NCBI RefSeq assembly: GCF_963506605.1
Contig: NC_083282.1
Coordinates: forward strand, 47,430,001-47,494,000
Origin: Zootoca vivipara
Taxonomy: Eukaryota
Reading direction: 5' to 3'
DNA length: 64,000 bases
The notes beneath the pieces are model-generated. The model was not told where the DNA came from. It did no database searches and saw nothing but the letters and a program-made list of their open reading frames with translations. Positions 24,569 through 37,453 of this stretch are shown here, piece by piece. Position 1 is the stretch's first letter, and each line of letters begins with the position of its first letter. The position numbers and the translations under genes are program-made.

Positions 24569-26739
24569 GGGGATATTAGGAACCAAGCCCCAATTTTTCA
24601 TATTCTCCAATACCATATCACCCCGTTCTCTAGGAGCTTCCAGTTATCTCATACTTGTTACAGATTCTCCTACCTGCTCTTTGGCTTCAGACCAATATCT
24701 GATCTACAACCCTTAGCTTCTTGCCAACAACTACATTTCCCCGTTTTCTGTACACTGAACTGCAGTAGCTTCTCAATACATTTCATTTGTGTAACTGTGA
24801 GGTTATCCATGGATTAGCTCCCACATTATTGTGTACTAGACTGCTGGCTTAGGCTATTGAAAGACAGAATTTTAATGAACCCAGCCCACTGTGGAAGCAG
24901 TTTTTAAGTGTAAAAAAACCCAAATTATGTGTTGTTGCCCCAGCAAACACTTGATCAGATAAATATTCAAGGTACATGAGGAAAAGCTGCATGTAGTAGA
25001 GGTGGGGAGAATGGTGAAGAACAGCTTTTCTTAAACTGATGCCCTCTAGATGTTGTTGGACAACTCCTATTGCACCCAAGCTAGTGAAGAGGAAGAGCTG
25101 CACTGATGCACTGATCCACAGAAAGAAGCCAGACTAAAAAGTAAGAAGTCCAGACTAGCAGCCATCATTACAATGTTTATGCATAGCCTCTCTCTAAAAC
25201 CAGTGTCAAGTTTCTTAATTTTGTAGTGGTTCCAACATATTTCAAGATGGAGTGGAAACTGTGAGAAGAGCCTTGCTGTAAGATTTTTGGAAGATATGTT
25301 GCCAACATGTGGAAGAGAGATGTGCCTAAACAAAGAAGTTATTCTAAGGATAATACAGGAATGTGCTAGGAGGGACACTTTGTTCATTCATATCTTGTTT
25401 ATGGCCAAAACTTTTTTTTAGTGTTGCCTGTGATAAGTGAGAAGCCCATATACAGTGCTGCAGGCAAGTGGTTCTAGGATGCATCTCTTGCAAACTTTGT
25501 AAGAATGAGTTCAAAACAGAAGCAGAATTACAAGGAGCATTGCAGCATCTCACTTTCTGCCGCCACTGGCATCAGTCACACCAGCAACACTGCTTGGACT
25601 GGGGCAGAGGTGTGCTTTGCTATCTAGGTTTTGTTCCATACCCTGGGCTGCACATTTGTACAACCAATGTATATAATTCCCTTATACAATCTCTTTTATC
25701 TGTGTATCAAATGATATTTATGCTTCCTGGTAAGCCATCCACTCTGTGCTTGGTATAACTGAATTGAGAACTGCCCATTACAGTGGCTTAAGAAATGTAG
25801 CAGCAATCCTTCCTCTTACTAATTTCTCAATACTGTATTCTTCCTTCTGATTGTAGTTTTCTTCAACTACCAGTTGACCACTTCCATGATTTCATCAAGT
25901 GTTCAGCTTTAGAACCTCTCCTGTTTGATGCAAGATGTTCAGATGGCAGTGCATCATAGGCCCTTCAGATTGTGTGGGCATGTATAGCTTTTTGCCAGTA
26001 CTGAAACCACAATGATTTCACTACTGGAGTCTCCTGTTTCTCATGTCTGCTATCCTTTTCTGCGGATGACGGCAAGGTTGCTTCCATTGCAGCCAGGAGT
26101 TTCTCCATCCTCCTATGTGAGGGCTTTGTAGCAGGATCAAGCAAAGGAAACAATGGCACATATTGTAGAATCCGGTACTGTATAGCCTCATAAACTCCAA
26201 ATCCTACCTTAGTGCAAAACAAAAAATCTTGCCCCATTTGCTGTTTCAATTCCTTCCTGATATGGCAATGTTAACCCAGTGTTGTTTGGGGTGAACTGAA
26301 TAAGGCTTTGGGATCAGAGAAGGCAATGTTTCCCAGTATGTGAACATCACCTTTATTACAGTGACTGTATCAATAAGAAATTGCTCATTTAAGTGATATG
26401 AAAGTATTTTGAGGATGAAATACAGGGGAGATTTGAATGGAAATTATCTCCACCAGAATCTGTGCAGTGGTGTGGCTGTTTCATAATTAAATACACTCCA
26501 GTGTTTTTAAATGAATGAGAATATTGTGAATTTAACCCTGAAAATAGGATCATTTGGGTGTTTATTCTCTAGGTTTGTAAGATTGTACACAGTGTTTCCC
26601 CTTTGGCCAAAAAAAACATTGGGCTGCACCTTCTCTTTACCACTTCTCTACAGCAAGGGAATTCTGTGAAAATACCAAGACTCCACATTATGGCTTAATC
26701 AGATACCATATTTCAGCTTGTCATGCAGTATTGCTAGAA

Positions 26740-26831
26740 ACAGAATAAAAAATTCCTTCCAGTAGCACCTTAGAGACCAACTAAGTTTGTCATTGGTATG
26801 AGCTTTCGTGTGCATACACACTTCTTCAGAT
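26740..26831. mobile_element. Short Penelope-like fragment with 13-bp TSD
   Basis: gtagcaccttagagaccaactaagtttg...agctttcgtgtgca...cacttcttcagat, flanked by agtattgctagaa at 26727-26739 and 26832-26844. Family call from recall. Confidence 0.65.
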
Positions 26832-28409
26832 AGTATTGCTAGAATTATTCATAGCAATAAATGACAGCCCTCATTTTTAGCTGTTTTCTCCCTGTTTGCT
26901 CAGACTTCTGTCCCTCACTGTAGACTTATAGTTCAGATGAAGAGGTGCTGGAAGCAACCAGCTTGTGTTCGATACAAAAACTGGGATATAACAAAACAAG
27001 GCCTGCAGAAGACATCTATAGCAAAATAAACAGGCTTCACCCAAAGGAGCCATGAGCTGCAGCTACTTTCATTCCCTGTAAATGTCTACTTCCATCAAGG
27101 AAGCAGAAATCTGAAGTGACAGACATCATGATTCTCCTGCAAGAAATTGTCCATGTGCAGACGAGCGCAGTGGAACTATAGAAAGCTTAATTTAAACATC
27201 TAAATAAAGTGGGCTGGGTTAGAGGCTTCCTTTTGCTGCAGGATATCTATAAAAATACATGTGAAGCTTTTAAAAAAATTGAGTCAAAGTAACCCAATTC
27301 CATCTAGTTTGACTGGAGCAAATGCACTACCAAAAGAAAGTCAAAAGAGGCAGGACCAATCAAGACATTTTGTTGCCTGAAGCAAAAGACAAGGCAGTGG
27401 TTCCCCTGTTGTTATTTTCAGGCGGGATTAAATCACCTAACGGGAATTCAGGTTGCACAATTATAGTTGATTAGAAGCTCTTGCACAACAATCGTACTTC
27501 CCCCAAAGAGGGGACTTTTTGTGATAAGGAAAGTGATGGGAAAATGCAATGGAAGGTGTGGAGTAACGCTTTGAAATAACATCATCTTACCTCCTTGCAA
27601 ACAAACCAGGATGAACGTTCAATAAATAGACATCCTTACTCCATCATTGGTGATGGGACAGCATCCTCCACCACACCTGAGGGCAGCAGGCTAGCTTAGG
27701 GGGCACAGGTCATCAGATGGCCACATAGCACACACAGCTATTCTCTAACAGCTTGGTGCCACTGCTGACTGGGGTAGCACCCTCACTCAACTTAATGGTA
27801 GTAGGCTCTGATAAAAGGGACAGATTTGTATATACTGTACTAATGTTTACTAAGAGGAGCACATGAAGAAATGGCTACTATAAATGAAAATAAAATCTCA
27901 CCACTCTGGCATAAAGTCTGATCACATGACCAAGCTTGCCAAGCTTGTGTTTACTACTTATGGGCAACTTCTAAGTCCCCTGTTCTCCCTTCTTATAAAG
28001 TATTCTTTATATTTAAAAGGCTTGGGTTGAATAGTCCTTCAAAGACAGGCCTCTTTCAAAAGACTGTAAAGCCAGATGTATGGTCAGCATAAGCCCAGCC
28101 CATTTTTCTGATAATGACACTTCATTTTTGTAACTTCTTGCCATAAGGGGTCGGAGGTGGGGGAGAGGAGTAACAGTTCACTGACAGAGTACAGGTTTTG
28201 TGGAAGAGTACAGGTTTTGCATTCAAAAGGTATCAGCTGAATCCCGAGTAGGGCTGGGGGAAACTGCTCCTAAAACTTTGAAGAACCACAAGCCGCCAAT
28301 GAAAAAAACCCCAATTAGGTGGACCAAAGGTCTGGTTTTGTACACGGCAGAGTCCTATGTTTCTACTTGTTACCGAACTTTGCCGTAATAAATTTGCTAG
28401 TCTTTAAAA

Positions 28410-28870
28410 TGCCGGGCACTAACAGAGCTAACTCCCCCTCCACGCGCCCGGGAGCCGTGACTGCTCGCGGCCAGTCGCGCTGATTCAACAGTGCAAAATG
28501 GAGCCTCTTAACTCAATCATGAAACCGAAGAGGAGGCGGCTCTGCTACCAAGATGAGCGAGGTAGAGCGCCTTCCGGAAATGACGCCACGAGGCGGAAGT
28601 CGCGTGCACCTGATCGAAGGACTACCTGCCTAAAGGAAGGTGCCTGCTATTGTGCTGGGCGTGTGCGCGTGAAGCGCTTGCAAGTGAGTGACTGCATTGT
28701 ATGAGGTTTGAGGCTGGGGAATGCAAGAGAGGCACCCGCAAAAGAACCCGAAAGGGATAGAAGGAGAAGGATCGGGCCACAAGCTGCCCGGTGCTCTCGA
28801 GCTTGGCGAAGCGTCTCCTTGTCCTCGCGCTGGTGCTTTGCAATTTCCCCGATCGCGACCGACTCGCTTG
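28410..28870 (+). promoter_or_regulatory. CpG-rich promoter and non-coding first exon of the TRIM56-like gene
   Basis: Local CpG enrichment without TIRs; CCGGAAATGACG (28574-28585, ETS-CRE-like), GCGGAAGT (28593-28600), donor CAA|GTGAGT at 28684; coding-exon acceptor tttgtag ends at 30379. Confidence 0.65.
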
Positions 28871-29289
28871 CTGAGCCAATTCACTGGCACATTTCTGTAG
28901 GGCAAGTTAAATATAGGTTTTTCATTATTCTCTACTAAAACAACTCCACACACACTTCTGCCAGCACTTGGAAAATAGACCGAAAACACACACTGGAAAT
29001 TAAATCTGTAATCCTAAGTATGATTGCTTGAAATTTAGCTCCCATCAAAATCCATATCACATATTTCAGAGAATGTGTCTTAGGTTGGGAGCATTAATGT
29101 CAGACCATTGTTCCATCTATCACAATATCTTCTGCACTGGCTGGTAGTAACACTCTCCCTACTCCAGCCCTACCTGGATAGGACAGGGTTTGAACTTGGG
29201 ACATTCTGTATACAGAGCTCCTCTTATTGTTCGGTGATCACTCATAGCCAAGTAGATGTATTCCATGAACACAGCCTTTTTCATAACTC

Positions 29290-29605
29290 TTATTATTACA
29301 TTTTTATTCCATTTTCTTTTTCAGTTATTACAAATATCACATATCCATAACATTCATATTACATTCCCTCTTCCCACCCCTCTTGGGCTTCCCCCAACTT
29401 CCACTTCTGATTTATTTTCCCCCTATTACACACTGCTACTGTATCTCTAAAAATACATCATACCTGTATTATTTCCTTGTTTTCTATCTGTTTCTATTAC
29501 TAAAGGTGTGAGTGTTTATTTAAATCCTGTCATCAAGTCAATACTCTTTCTTTGTTTCTGCAAATATACAATAAATGGTTCCCATTCTCTTTCAAAGTCA
29601 CTGTT
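29290..29605 (-). mobile_element. L1/Tx1-clade LINE 3' fragment
   Basis: Minus strand SDFEREWEPFIVYLQKQRKSIDLMTGFK* resembles non-mammalian L1 ORF2 C-termini, followed by a G/T-rich 3'UTR and A-rich tail. Confidence 0.6.
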
Positions 29606-30405
29606 GCCATGAACACAGTCTTAACAGTGAGTCCGTAAGTGACAGTGGAGGCCAATCCTGGATTCACACATCCTTCCACAGTGGGGACATAGGTTTCTGG
29701 GTTGGAATTGTTCACGGTGAGGGTTTGCAAAACATGTCTTCCTCTTAGCTCGTTTCTCCCTTTCATCCTGAGTTCGAGCGACTTTGAAGTCCATGACAGC
29801 AGCTGCCCAGCCACTGAACTAGGGCTCTTTACCATTATTCCCCTTTCAGAGGTCTAACATGGGGCAAAGTTCTCTCCCTGCACCCCCCCCCCAATATTTT
29901 TTCTGGTTCCATTGTTGTAATCTACGCATGGCTTTTGTGCTTTTTCCTAGACTGAAGTTCTACACTGGTGCACGAAACGTGTAATATGCCAAAAGCCCAT
30001 CTCTGCTTGCTTATGTTTGACCAAGTGTTATTCTCTCCAATCCCTTCTCCAGTTCCCTTGTGCTACAGCACTGACGGCGGTAATTTTATTTCCAGTTCCT
30101 TTGGCTCCCTAATCACAAATCCTTATTTATATTACTGACTGCAGTCCTATCTACATCTGTTCAGAAGTAAGCTCCATCCAGCAGGACTTACCTTCTAGGT
30201 GAGTGCATAGGGTTGTAGTCTTGAGTTACATTTCCACCTCCCTTTCAACAGCTCTTGGAATTAGTAGGCAAAGAACTAGCTAGGTTTATTGACACAACTT
30301 CTAAACCCACCCACCTCCGCTTCATAGCTGTTGCAAGACCCAGTTTGGCCATGCTGATTGTCTCTTGTTCTGTTTGTAGACCGACCAGGTCGACCAGACA
30401 AGATC

Positions 30406-32442
30406 ATGGCAACTCAGAGTTCCACGTCCCTGCAGGATTTGATTCGGGAAGATTTTTTGAGTTGCAAAATCTGCTACGACCTGTATGTGGTGCCCAAAAT
30501 CTTGCCATGCCTGCATACCTACTGCCAAAAATGCCTAGAGCCCTTGGTAGAAAATGGGACCATACAGTGTCCTGAGTGCCGTCTGCAGTCGGAATGTCCT
30601 GGAGGTTCTGTGGGGCTGAAGACCAATTTCTTCATCAATGGCCTCTTGGAACTGTTCCAGATGAAGCGCAACAAGGACCTAGAGTGCACAATCTGCTCTA
30701 GTGCTCAGAAAGTTGTGGCTGCCACTGCCCGTTGCCTGGATTGCAAGGATTTATTGTGCCAAATATGTTCCCAGGGCCATTGCTGCTCCCGCCTCACACT
30801 ACACCATAAGGTGGTGAGCCTGGAAGAGTTCCTTGCTGGGCATTATGACACTGAGGTAAGAGTCTTGCAGGAAATGTGGTGCCAAGATCACCCACAGGAG
30901 GCGCTCCGTTTCTTCTGTGATACCTGCAGCATGTCCATCTGCAGGGATTGTCGCTTGCTGGACCATTTCCAGCACAAAGTGGTTTCCATGTCCAGTGCAG
31001 TCCAGCGGGAACGACCTACTGTAGAGCAGTTGATCAACAGCTTGCAGGGAACAATTACCTGCATCTCTGAACAAGAAAAAGCTGTGGAGGAGGCAATGGA
31101 CAAACTAAAAGTAGAGAGTGAACGTGTCAAGGAGAAGATCTGCAAGTATGTGGAAGATATCACTACTTACATCTTTGCCCAGAAGGAATGTGCTTTGACA
31201 AAACTGAATGTCTTCTTAACAGAACAGCTGGAGCGTTTTTGTTTAGCACAGAAGGAGCTGCAGAGTCAGAAGGACAAAGCAATGAATACTCAAGAGTTTT
31301 CTCAGCGTATTCTCTGTGTTGGGAAGGACTATGAGATCCTTCACCTGGAAGGAATGATCAGGAATAGAGTTGAGGAGCTTCGGGCGCACAGACTGCCACA
31401 ACTCCAAAGTCAGATTCCAGAATTAGCCATCGCCTGGGATGAGCCACAGCAACTCTCTGAAGCATCAATTTTCAGTCTTGTCTTTCCTGGGGAGCAACCC
31501 ACCAGAGATGTGCAGCAGTTGGAGCTGGGCAGTGAGTCATTGACGTCTCTGGGCGAGGAGAGTGGGGAGGTTACAGGCACTCCTTCTGATTCAGATGAAG
31601 ACTCCTTCACAAGTGAATCTGACTCCCACTCTCAAAGCTCTTCTTCCTCCACTGGCTGCAGCAGAAGAGCAGAGTATGCCTACAGCTTTGACCAAGATCC
31701 ACCCCACACCAAACAAAAGCCTAATATCACTGGGATTTCTTTCATGCATCACAGTGGTCAAGTCGTCCTTTTGGATCAGGCAAATGCTGAGATAAAGCAA
31801 TATAGCTACGGTGGCGACTCTGAGGGGGTGATTCCTTTGCCTACATCTGATTCTGTCTTCTATGGCATCGCTGTGTGTGGAAAGATCCTGGCCTGTTCCT
31901 CAGAGACTCATCTTTTTTTCCTGAATCTTGATGGATTGGTCCTGCGTAAAGTGCAGATGAGGGGCTCTGCATTGTCCTATCCCCTTGCCTCATATGGAGA
32001 CTCTTATGTGGCTGTTAGTGAAGGAACTCTCTGTTCCATCTCATTGTACAGCCCATCTGGGGCATGTGTTGGCAGAGTCCGGCCAGACAACTATTATGGG
32101 GGGAAATTCCTGTTCATTGCTGTAAATAGCTGGGAGGAGTTTGTTGTCTCAGACTTCATTAAGAAACAAATTGTGGTCATGAAGAAGTCTGGGATTGTTC
32201 TGAATGTGCTTAAGCCCTCAACCTCACTGCTGACCAAGCCATTTAGTGTCTGTGTTGATGAAGACAGGAACATTTTTGTGATTGATCAGTTCAAAGTGAT
32301 ACAGTTCTCGCCAGATGATGAGACTGGGAAGGTCGTGTTCAGTGGCCAGTGTCCAATGGGAAGACCCAGAGTCTTGGCCATTGATAGTAATAACCTCTTT
32401 ATAGCGAGGGAAGATGGAAACACTAATGTCTTTTGGCTATAG
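30406..32442 (+). CDS. TRIM56-like E3 ubiquitin ligase (RING, two B-boxes, coiled coil, Ser/acidic linker, NHL-like beta-propeller), 678 aa, single coding exon
   Basis: ATG in atcATGg context just after a splice acceptor. DFLSCKIC, LPCLHTYCQKCL, CPECR, KTNFFINGLL, ATARCLDC, HPQEALRFFC, EILHLEG, PNITGI and PRVLAI motifs parallel mammalian TRIM56; no filamin domain. Orthologue versus paralogue is unresolved, so no symbol is given. Confidence 0.9.
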   Translation: MATQSSTSLQDLIREDFLSCKICYDLYVVPKILPCLHTYCQKCLEPLVENGTIQCPECRLQSECPGGSVGLKTNFFINGLLELFQMKRNKDLECTICSSAQKVVAATARCLDCKDLLCQICSQGHCCSRLTLHHKVVSLEEFLAGHYDTEVRVLQEMWCQDHPQEALRFFCDTCSMSICRDCRLLDHFQHKVVSMSSAVQRERPTVEQLINSLQGTITCISEQEKAVEEAMDKLKVESERVKEKICKYVEDITTYIFAQKECALTKLNVFLTEQLERFCLAQKELQSQKDKAMNTQEFSQRILCVGKDYEILHLEGMIRNRVEELRAHRLPQLQSQIPELAIAWDEPQQLSEASIFSLVFPGEQPTRDVQQLELGSESLTSLGEESGEVTGTPSDSDEDSFTSESDSHSQSSSSSTGCSRRAEYAYSFDQDPPHTKQKPNITGISFMHHSGQVVLLDQANAEIKQYSYGGDSEGVIPLPTSDSVFYGIAVCGKILACSSETHLFFLNLDGLVLRKVQMRGSALSYPLASYGDSYVAVSEGTLCSISLYSPSGACVGRVRPDNYYGGKFLFIAVNSWEEFVVSDFIKKQIVVMKKSGIVLNVLKPSTSLLTKPFSVCVDEDRNIFVIDQFKVIQFSPDDETGKVVFSGQCPMGRPRVLAIDSNNLFIAREDGNTNVFWL

Positions 32443-33954
32443 CTCATTATTCTGAAGTTCTGAGCATCTTTCTGGAAAGATGCTCAGGGAGACTGTCACT
32501 ATTGTGTTAACTAGATATTGAGATGGGCTTCAGCCTTTACTAGACCTGAGATCAGACCTTGGGTAAGAAATGCTGTTACACTCAGATGAATATACATTGC
32601 TGAAATCTTCCTGCTATTGTCAGAGCCTGACTTGAGAATAACGGCAGTAGATCAAGATCTTACATGTACCTTTAAACTATGGTTTGCATTCACACAATTT
32701 CTATGATCTGGTCTTTGTTCAAACCTCTAGAGTCTGCTGCTTCAATGCAGATCTCAGTTGAAGGGCTCATGAGAAGAAGGGGCCCGACTTTTATTTGGAA
32801 CCAACATTCCTACCTTCTCTGACATTGTGGTCATAGGAAATCTTATAGATGCATCAGCAGGCTTGGTCCTTCGTTCAGTGAGCAATAGACCAGCTATTCC
32901 TTTTTTCATCTGATAATTCAAATTCAGGCATCAGGGTTAGTGCTGAGGTGGTCTCTGTCCTACCATTATACTTACAAAGACTATACAGACTTATAACATT
33001 CCACTTCCTTCACCTGCTGCTGTGTGGACCAGGAACTATTGTGCCTTGCCATCAGATTGAATTTTTTTGAGGGGGCAATATGAACAAGCAACGTAGCTTC
33101 TAGTGTAATTTAAACAGTAACATGCATTCAGTGTGTAGTTTGTGGAAATGTGGATGTGTGTTTTCATGTTCATCTCACAAACATTTAATGCTCTTGCATA
33201 ATCCCTGAGTACCCATGGAATTGTAGAAATTCAAGAATTCTCCTTGCATACATGTTCCTTACTCAATGCCTAGTAAATATGCTGTCTTTGCTAGGGCTTG
33301 ACAACTCACTGGCTCACTAAACAAACGTGGAGGTGCTGAGACCAGGAATATTGTATTCCAAGCTTTTTATAGGCACACAGCTCAAGGCCCATGTCTCAAG
33401 ATCCATGCAGGTGTCACCTATGAATGTCTATATGCACATCTAGTCGGCACCGAGATCCGTAGTTGGTGAGCTACTGTCTAATCTTCCTGCTATTCATTTT
33501 GGTAGTAAAGTAGTCATCCAATTCCCCGACTTCCCACTTGTATGCCCAAGGATGCACAAATGACTAGTCTTGAAGACGCACTTGAAAATGTAGATCCCAA
33601 TTTCTGCAGGCGCATGTATTGGGAGGTGGCCTTTCTGCTGTCTTTTAACACAAGGCCAAAATGGTTCCTACAGATCATTCCCTTTTTGACGCAAGCTATG
33701 CTGTAGATTTCCTTTGATAACTCTGCTTGGGAAAGTTGACTAGACATGTATTGTCTGGGGAAAGAAGACCAAAACTTAAAGAGTAAAGGGACCATATGCT
33801 GCCTGCAAATCTAGTTCCTGTTATATCTAGTTATCCTCTGATTAAGCAGGGAGGAATTTTATCAGCCTCAACATCCTGCACCTATGTTAGGCCCCTGAGC
33901 CTTACGCTCCATCAGTTTTACAGATACTATGGCATTGTTCAAAGAGCAGTGGCC

Positions 33955-34094
33955 CAGAGGTTGGGGAACATGTGGTCCTGCAGAGGTTATTTGGACTCCA
34001 ACTCCCATCAGCCCTGGTTAGCATGGCCAATGGTCATGGATGTTTGGAGTATTCATCCAACAGCATCTGGAGAGCCACAGGTTCCCCATCCGTG
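33955..34094. mobile_element. Degenerate URR1-like hAT MITE in the TRIM56-like 3'UTR
   Basis: ggggaacatgtgg...ggactccaactcccatcagcc...catctggagagccacaggttcccc; related to 49918-50053. Confidence 0.6.
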
Positions 34095-34259
34095 GTCTAT
34101 AAAATAGGTAACTGTTGAAGGTATGAAGAGGAGTGCAGGTGCCTCTGCTGAATGCCATCATGCCTTATGAGGAGCCAGGGTCAAGGGTACCCCATTGTGC
34201 ATTACTTAAGGAGTTCTTAAGGAGCTGTTAACATTTCTTCAGTATATGCTTTTGATATT

Positions 34260-34275
34260 AATAAAATTGAATAAA
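34260..34275 (+). terminator. Tandem AATAAA, probable poly(A) signal of the TRIM56-like gene
   Basis: aataaaattgaataaa followed by T/GT-rich sequence, 1.8 kb after the stop. Confidence 0.5.
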
Positions 34276-34483
34276 TAGCCATTTTGTTGTACTTCTAATC
34301 TCAAGTCATGTGCCTTGGAGCTGGTTTGTAGACAGTGGAAAAGTGCAAGTCTCAAATTGCCTACTAACTTTTCACAAAGAGAGACACTATGTGCATCTTT
34401 TTGCATATTTACTCAGAAGTAAGTCCCAGTGAGATTACTTCTAAGTAAGCATAGAGGTTTTTGCTATGTTGGAAAAATCTTGA

Positions 34484-34573
34484 CATAGCTGCCAAGTTAT
34501 CCCTTTTTTTCAGGGATTTTCCATTATGCTGAATAGGCTTCCTCGCGAGAAAAGGGAAAACTTGGCAGCTATG
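34484..34573. mobile_element. 90-bp hAT MITE
   Basis: TIRs catagctgccaagtt / aacttggcagctatg; perfect 8-bp TSD aatcttga. Confidence 0.85.
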
Positions 34574-35030
34574 AATCTTGAAGGATATACTGTGGCATAT
34601 ATTTTACTGAGTTTTTGCAGTAGATCCACAGTCTTATATGGATGCCTAATCCTTGGAGCATGAAAAAGTGTTATGTCCTTGGCTTTCACCTTACTTTGTG
34701 TGATATAAAGAACAGGAATATGACTTTGGGGTCTTGGACTTGTAAAGTGGGGTTTTTACCTTAAGGTTTAATCACAGATGGTTTCTTTGAGGACTTGTGA
34801 AGCACAACTTTGATGGCACTTGTAGTGTGGGGGCTCCTAGGGCAGGGGACATGGAAACATGGTCTATTTGGGATGCCAACATATTCACTAAGGTATCCTA
34901 AGGAAATCTGCTATGACAGCACCTGGACCTGAATAATAGGTGCACTTTTAAGTTTGGGCTTTGAACCAGTTTGGTGAATAACTGCATGTAGTCCACACTC
35001 CTAGCAACAAACCCACTACAATTTCTATAC

Positions 35031-35036
35031 TTTATT
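35031..35036 (-). terminator. Candidate TMEM125 poly(A) signal
   Basis: AATAAA on minus with a downstream GT-rich tract (gtagtgggtttgttg). Confidence 0.35.
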
Positions 35037-36781
35037 TCACATTGGTTTTCAGTGCACACATGATCAAATGAGATTTAAAAGGGGGAGGGAGACTGACCCA
35101 GGCATCATCATCATTCCCTAGATACAGCACTGGGGGAGCTGACAGAGGCATTAATGGATGAGACAAATGTATCCTGCTGCATCACACTGCAGTAGAATAA
35201 TAATAATCTCTTGCATCTCATTTCTTCTGTAGGTGACCTCACTACCACCATAACATTTCACACATGTCATTTCCTTACATCTCCTGTAAAAGAAACTTGA
35301 GATTTTGTATTTGGAATGAAAAAAACAAACATTAACTTGTGCCTAATTTGCATTATTTACTGTTGAGTGCAGAATCTGGAGTTTCTTTGTACAGAATACC
35401 TAGATTCTCCAATTGGCATACTGATGGCATACCCTGTATGGTTTGTGTTTGGTATAAGGGCAAATTGTGAAGGTGTAGCCTTCTGCCTTGCTGTAGTATA
35501 TCATGGGAGACATTGCCATGCTTCTGCTTCTATTATAAGCCTTTCAGTGATCCCGGCCCTTTAAAAGAATTATATCAGCTGTTGCAAATACTGCCCCTTG
35601 CTCTGCCTGTTGAGCATCAACTCATTCAGGGCAGAGTCTGTGGATTCTGGGCTCCTTTATAAATCAGGGCTTGGGGGTCACCTCAAGTTAAGAATTGGGT
35701 CAAGCTAAAGAGATATTGTTACATTAGTGTGGGGAAACTCAGTTGGGCACAGTTGTGGTCATAAAATAAATTGTACCCACTGATTTTTTTGTATCCACAT
35801 GTGAGTCTTACTTGAAGACCTTTTGGGAAGGTGCTCTAGATGGAAACTGACAGACAGAGCAAGCCTACATGGCCATAATATATGCTGTTAACTTTGGTGA
35901 TTTCCCTTACAGAGAGGTCTCTTGAGTAAGCAAAGTAGTTATTAATTCCTCATACTCTATGAACTAAGTCCCCCAATGCCAGCTGTATTTGCCATCCATA
36001 CATTGATGCTCATCTTGTATACATGCACACATTCCTGGTATCAGTTTCCAGTCTTGTTTCTAACCCTGAGTATCCAGGGGCATTCAAGCCAGGAAATGTC
36101 ACTCCCATCCAGGTATCCTGCTATCAGGCTAGTAAAGGTGTGTGGGTGCATGCCTGCCACTGTCTTCACTGTTCCGGTGAGGACAATAAAACTGTTTGGA
36201 GATATGCTCCATGCAGCTTAGTTCTCCCTCATCCTACATGTAACTATCCATTCAAAACAGAACTGTATGCATTCCACGATAATGACAATCACACCACACA
36301 AAAACAAGATTTGGGCACCAAAGTCCATTTCCCTATAATTGCATCATTCATTTTTGTAAAAGTAAGTAGACCTTGGGGCTGCAAAGATAAACATTAAGAG
36401 ATTGGGGTAATGCCTGGTGCCACTTCAGAAATGTTGGGGGAACTAATTAGTGAAATGAATGTTTGTGTATGAGAGAGACACTCTTAACTATCCAAATTGA
36501 ACAGCCTCTAGTACCATTTTCACTATTGTGCTAGAAAAGCCTTTCTTTGGAACGATGACTGTTTCCACACCTTTTATCTCCCAGCATTCAGTAGCGAAAA
36601 CATCTTTATGTGTTGTGGTCTCTGGCCAACAAGCCCAGGCTGCTATCTTGGCAGCACAGCTCAGCAGCAGAAATTCCGGCACATTGCTGAAGACAGGAAG
36701 ACGCATCTGGGCCAGGCTGGTTGTCGTAAAGTGCAAATGCCAGTCCAATACGAGAGTTCAACCCTGCCGTTTACTTGAGGG

Positions 36782-37453
36782 TTAAATGAGATTTGCTGTG
36801 CTAGAGGTAGGAGCGAGCTGCCGGTCGGCTGAGATGTGTCCCGAGATGGTGAAAAGGTTGCTGTTGTCCCCAGCGCCCCGGTTCGGAGGTACAGCTGAGC
36901 AACAAGAAGTCCACATCAAATAGAGCAGCAGGCTGAGCAGGATGATAGCTCCAGAGGCTGTGAGCACAATGCCACTGACGAACATGCTGGCAAAGGGGCG
37001 TTGGGCAGTTGGGTTGCTGCCAACGCTGGTGGTGGAAAGCACAGTGAGGACTGTGCCACACACCAGCAGCACCAGGGCTGTCAGCAGCAGCACGGCACAG
37101 TCCGAGGCACCACCGCTCTTCAGCAGTGCAACTTGCTCTCGGCTGCGAATGCAATTCATGTCCTGGATGGCTGAGCTCAGCAGCTGCTTCAGCAAGACCA
37201 AGAGCGCCAGTAGGCAGAGTGTTGTGCCCACTGCCAGCCTCCATTCCCCAGAGCGGCTGCTGGTACTATAGAGCAGTGCAATGCCACCTACCCCACAGGC
37301 AAGGATCAGAGCCACAGCTACCCCATAGCAGACAAATGACTTTCTGGGCTCCTGGAACCACCATAGCTCCACATGTTCCTCCAGGATGTTCCTCTGGATC
37401 CGGCTGGCATTGGCTGGGGGTCTGGGCACACCCAGCGGCTCTAATTCAGGCAT
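36782..37453 (-). CDS. TMEM125: Transmembrane protein 125, 223 aa, single coding exon
   Basis: CCACCATG Kozak; [55 protein letters not shown] and SSTANLI motifs; four hydrophobic segments; synteny with CFAP57 and C1orf210. Exon acceptor probably at 37755-37756. Confidence 0.95.
   Translation of the reverse strand: MPELEPLGVPRPPANASRIQRNILEEHVELWWFQEPRKSFVCYGVAVALILACGVGGIALLYSTSSRSGEWRLAVGTTLCLLALLVLLKQLLSSAIQDMNCIRSREQVALLKSGGASDCAVLLLTALVLLVCGTVLTVLSTTSVGSNPTAQRPFASMFVSGIVLTASGAIILLSLLLYLMWTSCCSAVPPNRGAGDNSNLFTISGHISADRQLAPTSSTANLI

Noticed and set aside
30358-30405. ORF-track N-terminal extension of the TRIM protein
   Set aside because: Starts at a non-ATG codon and crosses the splice acceptor at 30379; ATG 30406 matches the TRIM56 N-terminus.
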